Shown piece after piece: positions 28,638-37,879 of a stretch of 43,781 nucleotides of DNA. Each line of letters starts with the position of its first letter. Within the stretch, counting starts at the first letter, position 1. The position numbers were made by a program, and so were the translations under genes. Source of the DNA: a virus (taxonomy: Duplodnaviria > Caudoviricetes); the IMG/VR virus record IMGVR_UViG_3300006120_000003, positions 1 through 43,781 of that record; one strand, written 5' to 3'. A model generated the notes under the pieces. It did not search any database. It was not told the DNA's origin and worked only from the letters and a program-made list of their open reading frames with translations.

Positions 28638-29908
28638 TATAATCCCTCCTGTTCTTCGGCAGTAAGAATACTGAAATCAACGAAGTCAATAGTCTTGCCG
28701 GGTGTGCGCTTCGGTAGATAACCTCTACCAGAAACGAATTGAATTTTCTCAGCCACCTGCAAACCTTGCAGCATGTCAGATAGCTGACCCATCTTCTCAA
28801 GATCATTGTGCACATGTTGCCAAATATCTTTCACTGATACTGGTGCATGTGCAGCCTTGAGAACATCCATTATCTTATTCGTAACATCTGAGTTCTTTCC
28901 TTTACCGAACTCACCTAGTGCTCTTGGCATATGATGTTCTGCGGCGGCTAACATGCTATTAGCATATAGAACTGTCCAGTCATCAATCTGCTTTGATCCT
29001 GCACTAGCAGCTACGATAAGCACCAGTTTAAGCAACTGAGTAAATCTGCGGTTGCTATAACTCTTGAAGCGAACATCATCAATCTCGACCCATCCATGAT
29101 AGATGGCATCGAGTATCTTTAATGCTTCCTCAGACAGTGTAGCACACCCCAGATGACTAGCCCTAATAAGAGATAACTCATCTCTAAGTTTCCTTGTTGC
29201 TTCCTCAGGAGGCACAGGAGGAAAAGTATACTTTCTGTTACTTCTCTCTCCATGAATGAGGATCATTCTACTCAAGAAACCTTGGCCAATTATTTCCGGT
29301 GGGAAAGCCTTAGCAAAATTTTCAGGAGTATTTCCTCCGAGGATGTTGATAGTTGGCTGATATATTGCGACTGATTTAGAGTTCTTAAGTCTTTGTGTGA
29401 AAGGCCGGGAATCGTCATCCCAGTCCCAGAGGTTTCCAAGTGTTGTATAGAACTCCAAGTTTCCAGCGCCAGCGAACTCATTCCATTCGTCAGCAGCAAT
29501 GAAACACTCTCTGGGTCCCGAAGCTGAATGATCGTTTTCTCCCCAGATATTTTGTGAAAGAACTTTGTCGTAGGTTTCTTTTGTTGAAGTTCCGTTTTCT
29601 GTATCATCTTCTGGTGCTCCTTCTAGGTCGAGTAGGAATTTTTCCTTCGTAGTTTTATCTGCTGCGAAGTCATCATATCCAGCTGCACTAAGAGTCTTTC
29701 TTGCTAACTTGACTGCTGTACTTTTCCTAGTACCAGCGTCGCCAATTAGCATCGTATAAAGATTAGGGAACACTCTAAAGTGCCCATGCTGGATATAAAA
29801 GTTTCTTCCTAAGGCAGCAGCTATGCAACTGATTGCAGCCCACCTATGGAAGATTCTGGGAGGCTCTGTCTCCCAAGTGTACTCCATGTATGTTTCAATA
29901 AAACTCAT
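28637..29908 (-). CDS. DUF3987-type P-loop helicase/ATPase
   Basis: TEPPRIFHRW N-terminus, PNLYTMLIGDAGTRKST Walker A, AADE Walker B, GFLSRMIL, winged-helix C-terminus; TGATG overlap with polymerase stop. Confidence 0.8.
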   Translation of the reverse strand: MSFIETYMEYTWETEPPRIFHRWAAISCIAAALGRNFYIQHGHFRVFPNLYTMLIGDAGTRKSTAVKLARKTLSAAGYDDFAADKTTKEKFLLDLEGAPEDDTENGTSTKETYDKVLSQNIWGENDHSASGPRECFIAADEWNEFAGAGNLEFYTTLGNLWDWDDDSRPFTQRLKNSKSVAIYQPTINILGGNTPENFAKAFPPEIIGQGFLSRMILIHGERSNRKYTFPPVPPEEATRKLRDELSLIRASHLGCATLSEEALKILDAIYHGWVEIDDVRFKSYSNRRFTQLLKLVLIVAASAGSKQIDDWTVLYANSMLAAAEHHMPRALGEFGKGKNSDVTNKIMDVLKAAHAPVSVKDIWQHVHNDLEKMGQLSDMLQGLQVAEKIQFVSGRGYLPKRTPGKTIDFVDFSILTAEEQEGL

Positions 29909-32172
29909 CACTCCATCCCCTTGAGGGAACTCCAATGAGTTCCTTCTCCTTTGAGTGCAGCGGGTACTAGAAGTGTTCTAGTAATACCAAAGGTATCTTT
30001 CACTTGAATGGGAATTTCCATTTCTTTCTTAACAGCGTATGCTAAGTCAGTTCTGCCAATGCGGTATTGGAATAAGATGGAATCGTGTATCTGTGCGTGG
30101 AGTCGGAAGTCTGTTGGATTGTTCATCCAAATGTTTTTGAATACACTCACGAAAGCACGGTTAAGAACCATCGCATTAAGTGACTGTGGGGGATGAGCAA
30201 CATAGCGGTTGAGATCACGCTTATTATCAGCAGGCTTGCCAAAGCAATACCTAGTCCAGCCAGTGGGACCCACAAGCATATGGGTAGTCGAGATGTCGGT
30301 CTTGACTTTCTCATACCATGCACCTTTCACAGTGGAATAAGTTTCGGAAAATTTGGTAAGCAAGTATTCGCAAACCTTAAGGAGTGGCCAGTGCGATGGT
30401 AGCTTAAGTAGCTTCTTTGCACGGATGACGTTTTCAATGCCCATAGTATCGAGCATAACGCCAGCCCCCATATTGTAATTGGCTCCATGATTTGTTCTTT
30501 TCGCCAAGTCTCGAAGCGCCTTGTTAATGGTCTTATGTATCCATTTGCCTTCAACACATTTCGAGAGGACGATTTCCTCATAAGGTACACCAAAGAAAGC
30601 TGATGCATTAGTACCGTGGTAGTCTTTGGTAATGTCATCAACGGCTGCAATGAGTCTGATGTCTCCTGATAGATACGCAGTATCTCTTGCCTCTGCTTGT
30701 TCGAGGTCAGCTTCGCCGAAATAGAATCCTTCATCACAAACGAAGGCATCCTTAACCTGGACGTCATCTCTATCGCGAGGTATGTTCTGTATCTGTAAGC
30801 CGCACCAGAAGTGCGACTCCTTGCTTGCATTGCGACCTGTGTCCGTACCGTGTGGATTAAGTGCATAGTACCACCTATCATTCCATAGTTTATCAGCGTC
30901 GATATAAGTCGAACCAATCTTCTGCCATTCACGATAGTTTCTAATTGCTCTGATGATTCTCTTGTTAAGAGGATGGCGAGAAGCTGCCTTATCCATGCTT
31001 GTTTTATCGGAACTTTTCAAGTCTCCGCATCCCAGTACCTCTAGTAGCTTAACAGTCTGCTGACTGGAGCCGGGATTGAACAGCATGTTGTTAACCATCT
31101 TCTGGATATTCAGAAGTTCTTTGGTGAGGGAAGCTGTAAGATCTCCAGAGATCTTCTCCATTGCTTTTCTATCTGCTCTAATTCCGATTGCCTCAGCCAG
31201 CACGCATGGGAAAACAACAGGAAATTCCTGCTTGTAGTTTTCAATAGCATACGGTGGTAGCTCAGTAAGAAGTTGTAGAAGTGCCAATGCTGTCGCGAAG
31301 CAATCTTTGGCGTTATAGCGGTAGTAAGTAAGGAGATCATTTGTATCACTCTCATCCTTCCAATAGATCCAGCCCCGTAGTAAGTAGCCACCAATGAACC
31401 CTAGGTCCTTTGGCAACTCAGCAAACCAACAGTGCATTAAGTTGATGGTGTCGAAAGCATAGTTCCTAACTGGCATATTATATCTTAACAAATAAGCTAT
31501 GTCGTACTTTCCGTTCTGGAAAACTTTAGCTGGCTCACTATCGAGTACATGTCTTGCAAATGAGAGATAGAGCATATCCGTGAAAGGTACAACGACTGTC
31601 CGCAGCGTAACTTCCTTAGTCGCACTGTTAATGTGAACCGCCGTAAACCCGATACAGTTGATGGTTCTATCTCCCTCACGGCCAGTCTCAATGTCACAAG
31701 CAATGTACGTTGCTGTGGCAAATAGTTCAGCAAGCGCGTGGTAGCGACCCGGCGTAAAGACTTCCCATTGGCGTTCAAAATCTGGAAGCTGTATAAAGTT
31801 TTCCGGATGTAGGAACTTCGATAGGTACCGGTCATAGCAATGTCTCCCATGTGCAACTGTGACTAACCAATCCAGTGGCGGAAGAATAAGAAACTCGATT
31901 CCAGCCTTGGTGATAATGGAGCCGGCATAGTCAGTATGAGAAAATCTCTTTCTTGTTTTCTTATCATCCCATCCCACTAGAGACTTAGCAACAGATGGGG
32001 AAGTGGTTGCTACCATCGTGCAACCTTTTTCTTTTGCAGTAAGAACTAATTCCATTGGCAGCGAAATGCGCTGATTATTCAAATAAACTTTAGCCTTCCC
32101 TTGGAGGAAAGGTTTCAGAATACGAAGATAGTTTTCTTCAAAAGGTTCAAAGTGGAATACGAAACTTTTCAT
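29908..32172 (-). CDS. polA: Family A DNA polymerase with 3'-5' exonuclease
   Basis: Exo I CDIET, Exo II NGKYD, Exo III YNAKD; TDTGR; motif A ADLEQAEAR, motif B RDLAKRTNHGANY, motif C QIHDS. Confidence 0.95.
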   Translation of the reverse strand: MKSFVFHFEPFEENYLRILKPFLQGKAKVYLNNQRISLPMELVLTAKEKGCTMVATTSPSVAKSLVGWDDKKTRKRFSHTDYAGSIITKAGIEFLILPPLDWLVTVAHGRHCYDRYLSKFLHPENFIQLPDFERQWEVFTPGRYHALAELFATATYIACDIETGREGDRTINCIGFTAVHINSATKEVTLRTVVVPFTDMLYLSFARHVLDSEPAKVFQNGKYDIAYLLRYNMPVRNYAFDTINLMHCWFAELPKDLGFIGGYLLRGWIYWKDESDTNDLLTYYRYNAKDCFATALALLQLLTELPPYAIENYKQEFPVVFPCVLAEAIGIRADRKAMEKISGDLTASLTKELLNIQKMVNNMLFNPGSSQQTVKLLEVLGCGDLKSSDKTSMDKAASRHPLNKRIIRAIRNYREWQKIGSTYIDADKLWNDRWYYALNPHGTDTGRNASKESHFWCGLQIQNIPRDRDDVQVKDAFVCDEGFYFGEADLEQAEARDTAYLSGDIRLIAAVDDITKDYHGTNASAFFGVPYEEIVLSKCVEGKWIHKTINKALRDLAKRTNHGANYNMGAGVMLDTMGIENVIRAKKLLKLPSHWPLLKVCEYLLTKFSETYSTVKGAWYEKVKTDISTTHMLVGPTGWTRYCFGKPADNKRDLNRYVAHPPQSLNAMVLNRAFVSVFKNIWMNNPTDFRLHAQIHDSILFQYRIGRTDLAYAVKKEMEIPIQVKDTFGITRTLLVPAALKGEGTHWSSLKGME

Positions 32173-32248
32173 TTACATAAACCCTTTAACAGCAATGCGG
32201 GCCACCAGCATTATCTGCCAGCAGCCCGCTGTTACTTACCGTAACCTA

Positions 32249-32689
32249 TTACGCTACCGCAATCTTCTTAACCTGCGGATAGTTACGATCCTTCTTCTCA
32301 TCGTAGATGCGCTTTTGCACAACAATGAGATTCAGGCCCTTAACACCAGCAAGGATCTCGCTGATCTTAGCAACACCAAGATGTGTACCAATCGGCTTCA
32401 GGAATTCCTTCAGGCGACCAGCACCATACTTGTTGTCAAGCATGAAGGCGTTAGACTGGATGTCACCAATCGTAGGTTCCTTCTCATCTTCCTTGAGGAC
32501 TTCACCGAGTTCGAGAACTTCCACCAGCTTGAAGTCGATGTTGATAGCAGGGTGATCGTTGATCTCTTTGCTTTCAGCGGAAACAACTTCAATAAGATAG
32601 GAGCCAGTAGGGAATACTGCGAACCCAGGCAAATCTTCAATGTCGTCCAAGGAGGCATCGAGATCAATCGTCGAGAAATCTTCACTCAT
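32249..32689 (-). CDS. Putative ssDNA-binding protein (DUF669-like)
   Basis: FAVFPTGSY..OB-fold-like strands, acidic N-terminus, high-expression codons, near Sak4-like ATPase. Confidence 0.65.
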   Translation of the reverse strand: MSEDFSTIDLDASLDDIEDLPGFAVFPTGSYLIEVVSAESKEINDHPAINIDFKLVEVLELGEVLKEDEKEPTIGDIQSNAFMLDNKYGAGRLKEFLKPIGTHLGVAKISEILAGVKGLNLIVVQKRIYDEKKDRNYPQVKKIAVA

Positions 32690-32798
32690 ATCTTTTACTC
32701 CAGTTGTAGCTAGTAGCTAGTTGTGTTTGCGGGATTAAGGTTAGTCACCACATCACCCGACCGTCAGGCTTTCCTGTATCCTGTCAACTCTCCATAAA

Positions 32799-33185
32799 TT
32801 AGTTAGGACGTTTAATGTCACTAACAGATTGTGCAGCAGCCTCCATTAGCTTCTTGTGCTGCGCTTGTTCTTTCTCCGCCATCTCCCTAATTCTCTGTCG
32901 GAAGGCACCAAGTTTTCCCAGAATATCACGAAGAATTTCTTCTGTCAAGGACTCATTTTGAATCCTAGTTTCCAGTGTGCGAAGGTATACAAGTTCCTCG
33001 CCCATCGTGGACACAACATTCAGGACAGCTTGCAAGAAGCCAGTCATCTGTTGTTGCCAAGTTCCTGACAAGTTGTTCAACGTAGCCGTGTTGATATGCT
33101 GCCAGAACTTATCAGGATCACTGTTGAGATTTTCTTCAGTGAACTGGAACGGCAGCTGGTCATATACTTTATTATTATCAGTCAT
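32799..33185 (-). CDS. Hypothetical helical protein (128 aa)
   Basis: Start MTDNNK with AAGGG RBS overlapping the upstream stop. Confidence 0.65.
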   Translation of the reverse strand: MTDNNKVYDQLPFQFTEENLNSDPDKFWQHINTATLNNLSGTWQQQMTGFLQAVLNVVSTMGEELVYLRTLETRIQNESLTEEILRDILGKLGAFRQRIREMAEKEQAQHKKLMEAAAQSVSDIKRPN

Positions 33186-33723
33186 GTCTGTTGCCCTTCT
33201 TCTGTTTGTTAATGTTAGTGTAAGGCTCTTTCGCATCGGTATACTTGTCGATAATAACCTTAGCCAAAGCATTCAACATGCCAGTCCAGTCACTATTAAC
33301 TCTGTCACACGGAGGACGATCATCCCTGAAAGCTCCATGTATCTGTGCATCCCGTAGAACAATAAGGCAAGTAGCTGCCTTAATAATGTGAGGTAATCCA
33401 CTATCAGGATCAATGTCCTCACCTTCCCACCATGCGAATAGGTGGCGAATAGCGGCATCAAAATAAACTGATGCAAGAACTCCAGCATCACGATAGTTAT
33501 GCCTACCGTACTTCCGTGCTCCTTCAAGCATAGCAAGTCCAATCTCTCCGAGAGGAGGAAGTGGAACGGTGCTGAGGTAGAACTTGCCAATACCTACTGA
33601 GTCTTTAGGATTAGTAGGCTTTGAAAAGAGAGCATTGTTTTCGGAGTGCTTATAATCTTTCATCATTTCTTCCAGCCGATTAACTGGTGGAGTCTCTTTG
33701 AACTGATCTACTTTCTCCGACAT
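33178..33723 (-). CDS. dATP/dGTP diphosphohydrolase-domain (DUF5664-type) protein
   Basis: TNPKD..GARKYGRHNYR..AAIRHLFAWWEGEDIDPDSGLPHIIKA signature. Confidence 0.85.
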   Translation of the reverse strand: MSEKVDQFKETPPVNRLEEMMKDYKHSENNALFSKPTNPKDSVGIGKFYLSTVPLPPLGEIGLAMLEGARKYGRHNYRDAGVLASVYFDAAIRHLFAWWEGEDIDPDSGLPHIIKAATCLIVLRDAQIHGAFRDDRPPCDRVNSDWTGMLNALAKVIIDKYTDAKEPYTNINKQKKGNRHD

Positions 33724-34631
33724 TATTTAGATCCTTTCATTGCTGCTAGTCGTGCCTTAGCTGCATCAGTGGCAGAAGTCACAACAGGTTTAGCGACAAC
33801 TTCTTTTACTGTAGTTGTCTCTACTTGTTTAGCTGCAATCTGTTCACCTTCAGAAAAGAATGCGGCTAACGAAGGATGTTCTTTATCATCTTCAATAGCA
33901 ATATCTTTTCTGCTACCGGTGATGACAGAGGTCTGATAGGTAGTTGCGCTGCCGAACCTGTGGCTCTTATTCATCACGTGGCAATAAACCATATGATCAA
34001 AATACTTACCAGCGTTGCGGCTGAAAGAAGTCGTACCAATTTGAGGAACAAGTTTCTTACTGCCATCTTCCATCTCCGTTTCCGTGACATGCGCTACGCA
34101 CACGACATTGTACTTGGCTTGTTGAATGTTGGTAAGGAACTTATTCATCAGCGTACCTTGTATCCGGTAGTGTTCCCACTCCGGCTTGTAAGTATCTTCC
34201 TTACCTTTCAGAATGAAGTTCATTGCAGAATCTGCAATCTGAGAGATATGGTCGAATACGACAATGGTGTTTTGCGGCAATGTGCTAAGACATACCGTTT
34301 CAAATCCTTCAGGATTGTTCTTCTTACAGTGCGAACAACTAACCTGTCCATGTAAGTTACATATAGAAAGTTCCGCCCCAGAAACAAGCTTGAGACATGT
34401 ATCAAGCGCGATTGGGAAGTCCTTAGTGTCAGGAAGCACCAGTATATTGATGTTCTCTTGTGCATCTGCTGGTAACTTGAACAGAACTTCGTGTCCATTG
34501 TCTACCGAAATCCACAGTAATGGATGACCTTCCATCGCAAGTCTACTGACAAGTGTAGACTTACCAGTCTTTGGATCACCGTAGACGATAACATGACTTG
34601 CTTTCCTTTGTGCTAGAGATGTTAGTTTCAT
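33723..34631 (-). CDS. Sak4-like (AAA_24) ATPase/recombinase
   Basis: VYGDPKTGKST Walker A, VVFD Walker B, VVCVAH, YFDHMVY; neighbours are a nuclease and an SSB-like gene. Confidence 0.8.
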   Translation of the reverse strand: MKLTSLAQRKASHVIVYGDPKTGKSTLVSRLAMEGHPLLWISVDNGHEVLFKLPADAQENINILVLPDTKDFPIALDTCLKLVSGAELSICNLHGQVSCSHCKKNNPEGFETVCLSTLPQNTIVVFDHISQIADSAMNFILKGKEDTYKPEWEHYRIQGTLMNKFLTNIQQAKYNVVCVAHVTETEMEDGSKKLVPQIGTTSFSRNAGKYFDHMVYCHVMNKSHRFGSATTYQTSVITGSRKDIAIEDDKEHPSLAAFFSEGEQIAAKQVETTTVKEVVAKPVVTSATDAAKARLAAMKGSK

Positions 34632-34632
34632 T

Positions 34633-34812
34633 TCATGGCTCCTGGTTCTGATGGTGAGCTTGATCTAGTTTAAATTCTTTAATGTAATTAGTAAGCTGGC
34701 GCTCTATGTATTTCTCGATAGTCATAATACTAGAGCCGTTCTTCTGGTTGATAAGCCTAACGCGATCACGCAGAAACGCCAGGTTCTCTTGAGAGAGATT
34801 AATCATTAACAT
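34633..34812 (-). CDS. Small protein (59 aa), possible ribbon-helix-helix; absent from ORF track
   Basis: AAGGA RBS; MLMINLSQENLAFLRDRVR..MTIEKYIERQLTNYIKE fills the gap between nuclease and ATPase. Confidence 0.6.
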   Translation of the reverse strand: MLMINLSQENLAFLRDRVRLINQKNGSSIMTIEKYIERQLTNYIKEFKLDQAHHQNQEP

Positions 34813-34818
34813 TTCTTG

Positions 34819-35751
34819 TTATCCTTCTAGTTGCTTGAGTTGTTCATCAATAATATCTTCTAATGAAAAGTAGAAGTCATACTTATCTGCAGGCTCCTCA
34901 CGCACTTCTGGCTCCGAACCTACCAACGATTCGTTACTCATTTCACATACACCAAAGAACGCGCAGTCTCTATTAAAGTCTCTGCAAGATTCCCCGTGCA
35001 TAGGAAAGAAGTCATTGTCGTTATATAACTGAAGCATGGTTTTATCCATCATCAGATTCTTAATCCACTTGGCTCGGGAAGTTCTGGACTTGATGAACTG
35101 AAAAACTTCCCAGTCAAAGTCCTTAGTCTTATAGACTGGATAGAATACTGGATGGTCACTAACTACTGGCAGTCCCATTGCAGAAGCAACAACATCCAGC
35201 ATCAAGGAATAACCTAGTCCTTGGCCAGAGTTCTTGTATTGTGCCTCACTAAGATTCCAGCTAGATGTGGTTTTGTTTTCGACAGCTACCAAGCGACCAG
35301 TCATCTTGTTCACTAGAACCAAGTCAACGAATCCTCGATAAGCATATCCATCCCCACAATCAATGCAGAAACCAAGTTCCACAGCAGGACGATTATTGAA
35401 ATAAGCAAGTTCATGGTTAGCAAACACAGAAGTGCTATAAGGTACAAAGCGTTCGATAGCATGGAGCGCATGCCAGAAAGTTTTGTTAGCTTTGCTACGG
35501 TCTGCCGAATCTTCGTCAATGTCACTTTGCCACCTCATGAACATCTTGAATAAGGTATCCTTAACATCCCCATTAGTGAGGAAGAAGTTCTGCAGCCCTT
35601 CGCCAACAACATGCCCGAAGTCAAAGTGAGTATCTCCCCACCCATGACTGGAAGTTTGTAGCTTCTCAAGTTCAAACTTACGCGGGCAAGCATGTAGCGT
35701 ACTGAGTGCGCTGTGACTTATCTGCTTGAGATTAGGATGCACTGTTGTCAT
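34819..35751 (-). CDS. PD-(D/E)XK exonuclease, Cas4/AddB-like
   Basis: SHSALSTLHACPRK, GFVDLV, ENKT, QGLGY and C-terminal CRDFNRDCAFFGVC (1+3 Cys pattern). Confidence 0.85.
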   Translation of the reverse strand: MTTVHPNLKQISHSALSTLHACPRKFELEKLQTSSHGWGDTHFDFGHVVGEGLQNFFLTNGDVKDTLFKMFMRWQSDIDEDSADRSKANKTFWHALHAIERFVPYSTSVFANHELAYFNNRPAVELGFCIDCGDGYAYRGFVDLVLVNKMTGRLVAVENKTTSSWNLSEAQYKNSGQGLGYSLMLDVVASAMGLPVVSDHPVFYPVYKTKDFDWEVFQFIKSRTSRAKWIKNLMMDKTMLQLYNDNDFFPMHGESCRDFNRDCAFFGVCEMSNESLVGSEPEVREEPADKYDFYFSLEDIIDEQLKQLEG

Positions 35752-35977
35752 AGTAGTTCCTCACAGTTGCGAGTAGTTGAGTAAATAGTTGCTTATCTTG
35801 TGTTGCTAATTCTAAACGATATAATGTCTTAATGAATTCATTTACCTTATTAATATCTTCAGGCATGTTATCTGCCCAATGAGTACCGCAGAGCCAACCT
35901 GCCAACAGACTGATACTTCCGGGAGATAGATTAGGTGCATTCCTAATCATCACCCAGAAGATAGCAGCACTTCTCAT
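35732..35977 (-). CDS. Hypothetical protein (81 aa)
   Basis: Fills the gap in the operon; RBS weak. Confidence 0.5.
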   Translation of the reverse strand: MRSAAIFWVMIRNAPNLSPGSISLLAGWLCGTHWADNMPEDINKVNEFIKTLYRLELATQDKQLFTQLLATVRNYYDNSAS

Positions 35978-35978
35978 T

Positions 35979-36440
35979 TTATAGGTCAGCTAAGTCGAGG
36001 TCTTTTAACTTCTTACCAGCAGGTGTCTTACCACCTTTGGCAGAAGATGTAGCAATGACTACGTTTTTCTTTTTGGAAAGTCCTGCTACGATAACTCCTA
36101 TCTGATCTTCAGTAAGGATATGAACAACATCTTCGTTACGATGAAGTTCGTGGTGTATGAAATGCAGGATAGATTCATACCCAGGCAATGACTGTTGTAA
36201 TGCAGCCTGTAAGTCGTTGATGCGCTGAATGATTTGATCAGCAGCACCGAGAGCTACTGGTGCAGTTGTCTCTGATTGTTTAGTGGGTGGATAATCTACT
36301 TCAGTAGAAACTACTTCAGTTACCTTATCTTCAATGATAGCAGGTACATTAGTAGCTTCGCTAGTAGTTCCCAAAGAAGCTTGTTGCGCTGCGAGTGAGG
36401 CAGCAGCTTTAGCTTTCAATGCAGCTATATCAAGAGCCAT
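35979..36440 (-). CDS. Hypothetical protein (153 aa)
   Basis: GGAG RBS before MALDIAALKAK. Confidence 0.75.
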   Translation of the reverse strand: MALDIAALKAKAAASLAAQQASLGTTSEATNVPAIIEDKVTEVVSTEVDYPPTKQSETTAPVALGAADQIIQRINDLQAALQQSLPGYESILHFIHHELHRNEDVVHILTEDQIGVIVAGLSKKKNVVIATSSAKGGKTPAGKKLKDLDLADL

Positions 36441-36441
36441 G

Positions 36442-36678
36442 TTAGACACTCCAGCCAAGTTCGTTGCGACAATACTCAACAAGATCACGCAAGTTATTCG
36501 GCTTGAGAACCACACCTCTTGCTGACTGTGCATCACCGTTAGCAATAAGAAGCACCATAGTCCGCTTAATAGAAGGCTGAACAGTGATACGAACTGATCC
36601 TTTGTCCCCTTCGGGTAAGACTCTACCAGCTGCTCCGCTGCTAACTGTACTTGCTACATTCATCCTTGAGAATGTCAT
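36442..36678 (-). CDS. Hypothetical protein (78 aa)
   Basis: AGGAGG RBS; abuts both neighbours. Confidence 0.65.
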   Translation of the reverse strand: MTFSRMNVASTVSSGAAGRVLPEGDKGSVRITVQPSIKRTMVLLIANGDAQSARGVVLKPNNLRDLVEYCRNELGWSV

Positions 36679-36927
36679 CTAATCCTCCTTCACTATTGGT
36701 TCTAGTCCGAGTGCTTGCTTTAATTGAAAAACCAAATGCTTCTTTTCTTTAATATAAATTATATCAAGATATAAGCGATCGTGTTCATTAAGCAGCTTGA
36801 ATCCAAGGTCGAGCCACTTCTCTTTAATGACAGCTTTCTTAACACGCGCGACAAGAAAGGGTTCTACTTCTAGAACCACTTTCTGCCGTGCTTTAATCCT
36901 ATCCCAGACTGGCTGGTATTTACGCAT
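36679..36927 (-). CDS. Hypothetical basic protein (82 aa)
   Basis: Overlaps upstream stop; MRKYQPVWDRIK. Confidence 0.65.
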   Translation of the reverse strand: MRKYQPVWDRIKARQKVVLEVEPFLVARVKKAVIKEKWLDLGFKLLNEHDRLYLDIIYIKEKKHLVFQLKQALGLEPIVKED

Positions 36928-37225
36928 TTGGATCGTCGCTATCTACGAAGGTGAAGTTAAACCGCTTGCGGGCTTTCTTCTCACCAATATAATAAGTAGC
37001 TGTTTGCAGTTCCTCATTATATTCCATATGCAGACAACTCATTTCTTCTTGAGTTATCATTCCAGTCTTTACCATTTCGATTTCGTTGGATAAGATAGTA
37101 CGATACAAACGTACGCGGAGGACCAATGCCTCCTTCTTAGTCATGTCAAAGACACGAACTTTCTTTCCTTCTACTAACATACCATCGTACATTAGTTGCT
37201 CGTTGGTTTTGAAAGAGGTGCTCAT
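36920..37225 (-). CDS. Hypothetical protein (101 aa)
   Basis: TGATG coupling to the lysozyme stop. Confidence 0.6.
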   Translation of the reverse strand: MSTSFKTNEQLMYDGMLVEGKKVRVFDMTKKEALVLRVRLYRTILSNEIEMVKTGMITQEEMSCLHMEYNEELQTATYYIGEKKARKRFNFTFVDSDDPNA

Positions 37226-37719
37226 CAGTGGGAAAACCAATAGGCAACACGGTTCTTCCAGCCCTTGAGGAATTGTTCCTTGTCAGGATTGTGAAGGACG
37301 ATGCGTTGATAATGGAGAACCCACTGTTCAAGAAAGAAGTTCCTGTTACCAGCACAATCGTGGAACAGGAACAATGCGAAATGTTCCCCACAGTTGATAG
37401 CGCAACTAAGCAGAGGACCCCGCATTTCATCCGCAACAATCGGGAGATTAAGAGGAGCAACGAACTCCTCATGATAAACAGCAAGAACGTCAGACTTGAA
37501 GTTCTGACGCTCCTGTTCATCTTCGATTAGTTCCGCTGCCTGTTCGTAATCTACCACAGGCTCGAAGTCTAGGTGATCACAATAACTGTTGAACGTCTTA
37601 GCAGTCATGCCGCCGTAAGTCCAACCACCATCACCGCCATCAGCATCCTTGGAAAGTTTCCAACCGCCTTCTTGGTCAGTGATAATTTGATCCATCAAAA
37701 GATCGAATTGATTTCCCAT
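37225..37719 (-). CDS. GH108-family lysozyme (endolysin candidate)
   Basis: EGG catalytic motif, DGGWTYGGMT, AINCG, C-terminal FLKGWKNRV peptidoglycan-binding-type motif. Confidence 0.85.
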   Translation of the reverse strand: MGNQFDLLMDQIITDQEGGWKLSKDADGGDGGWTYGGMTAKTFNSYCDHLDFEPVVDYEQAAELIEDEQERQNFKSDVLAVYHEEFVAPLNLPIVADEMRGPLLSCAINCGEHFALFLFHDCAGNRNFFLEQWVLHYQRIVLHNPDKEQFLKGWKNRVAYWFSH

Positions 37720-37809
37720 TAGAGTTCCTTTCAGTTGTGCTGTCGTTAGTTTCTTCTTGTTTTCAGATCACTCGAAATCTTTGTGAGTAATTGCAAATGA
37801 TCTGAAAAT

Positions 37810-37852
37810 AAAAAGAAACGCTACTGGTAGCAGGGGGATACTACCAGTAGCG
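37810..37852 (-). terminator. Rho-independent terminator
   Basis: 12-bp perfect stem cgctactggtag/ctaccagtagcg followed on the minus strand by tttcttttt. Confidence 0.85.
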
Positions 37853-37879
37853 CACTTAACCTGTAGTTGGGAGGGGGAA

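Noticed and set aside
32760-32790. TTGACA on the minus strand upstream of the SSB-like gene
   Set aside because: No acceptable -10 element at 16-18 bp spacing
34819-35751. Cas4-like nuclease as evidence of a CRISPR system
   Set aside because: No repeat-spacer array or other cas genes; this is the usual phage recombination exonuclease context
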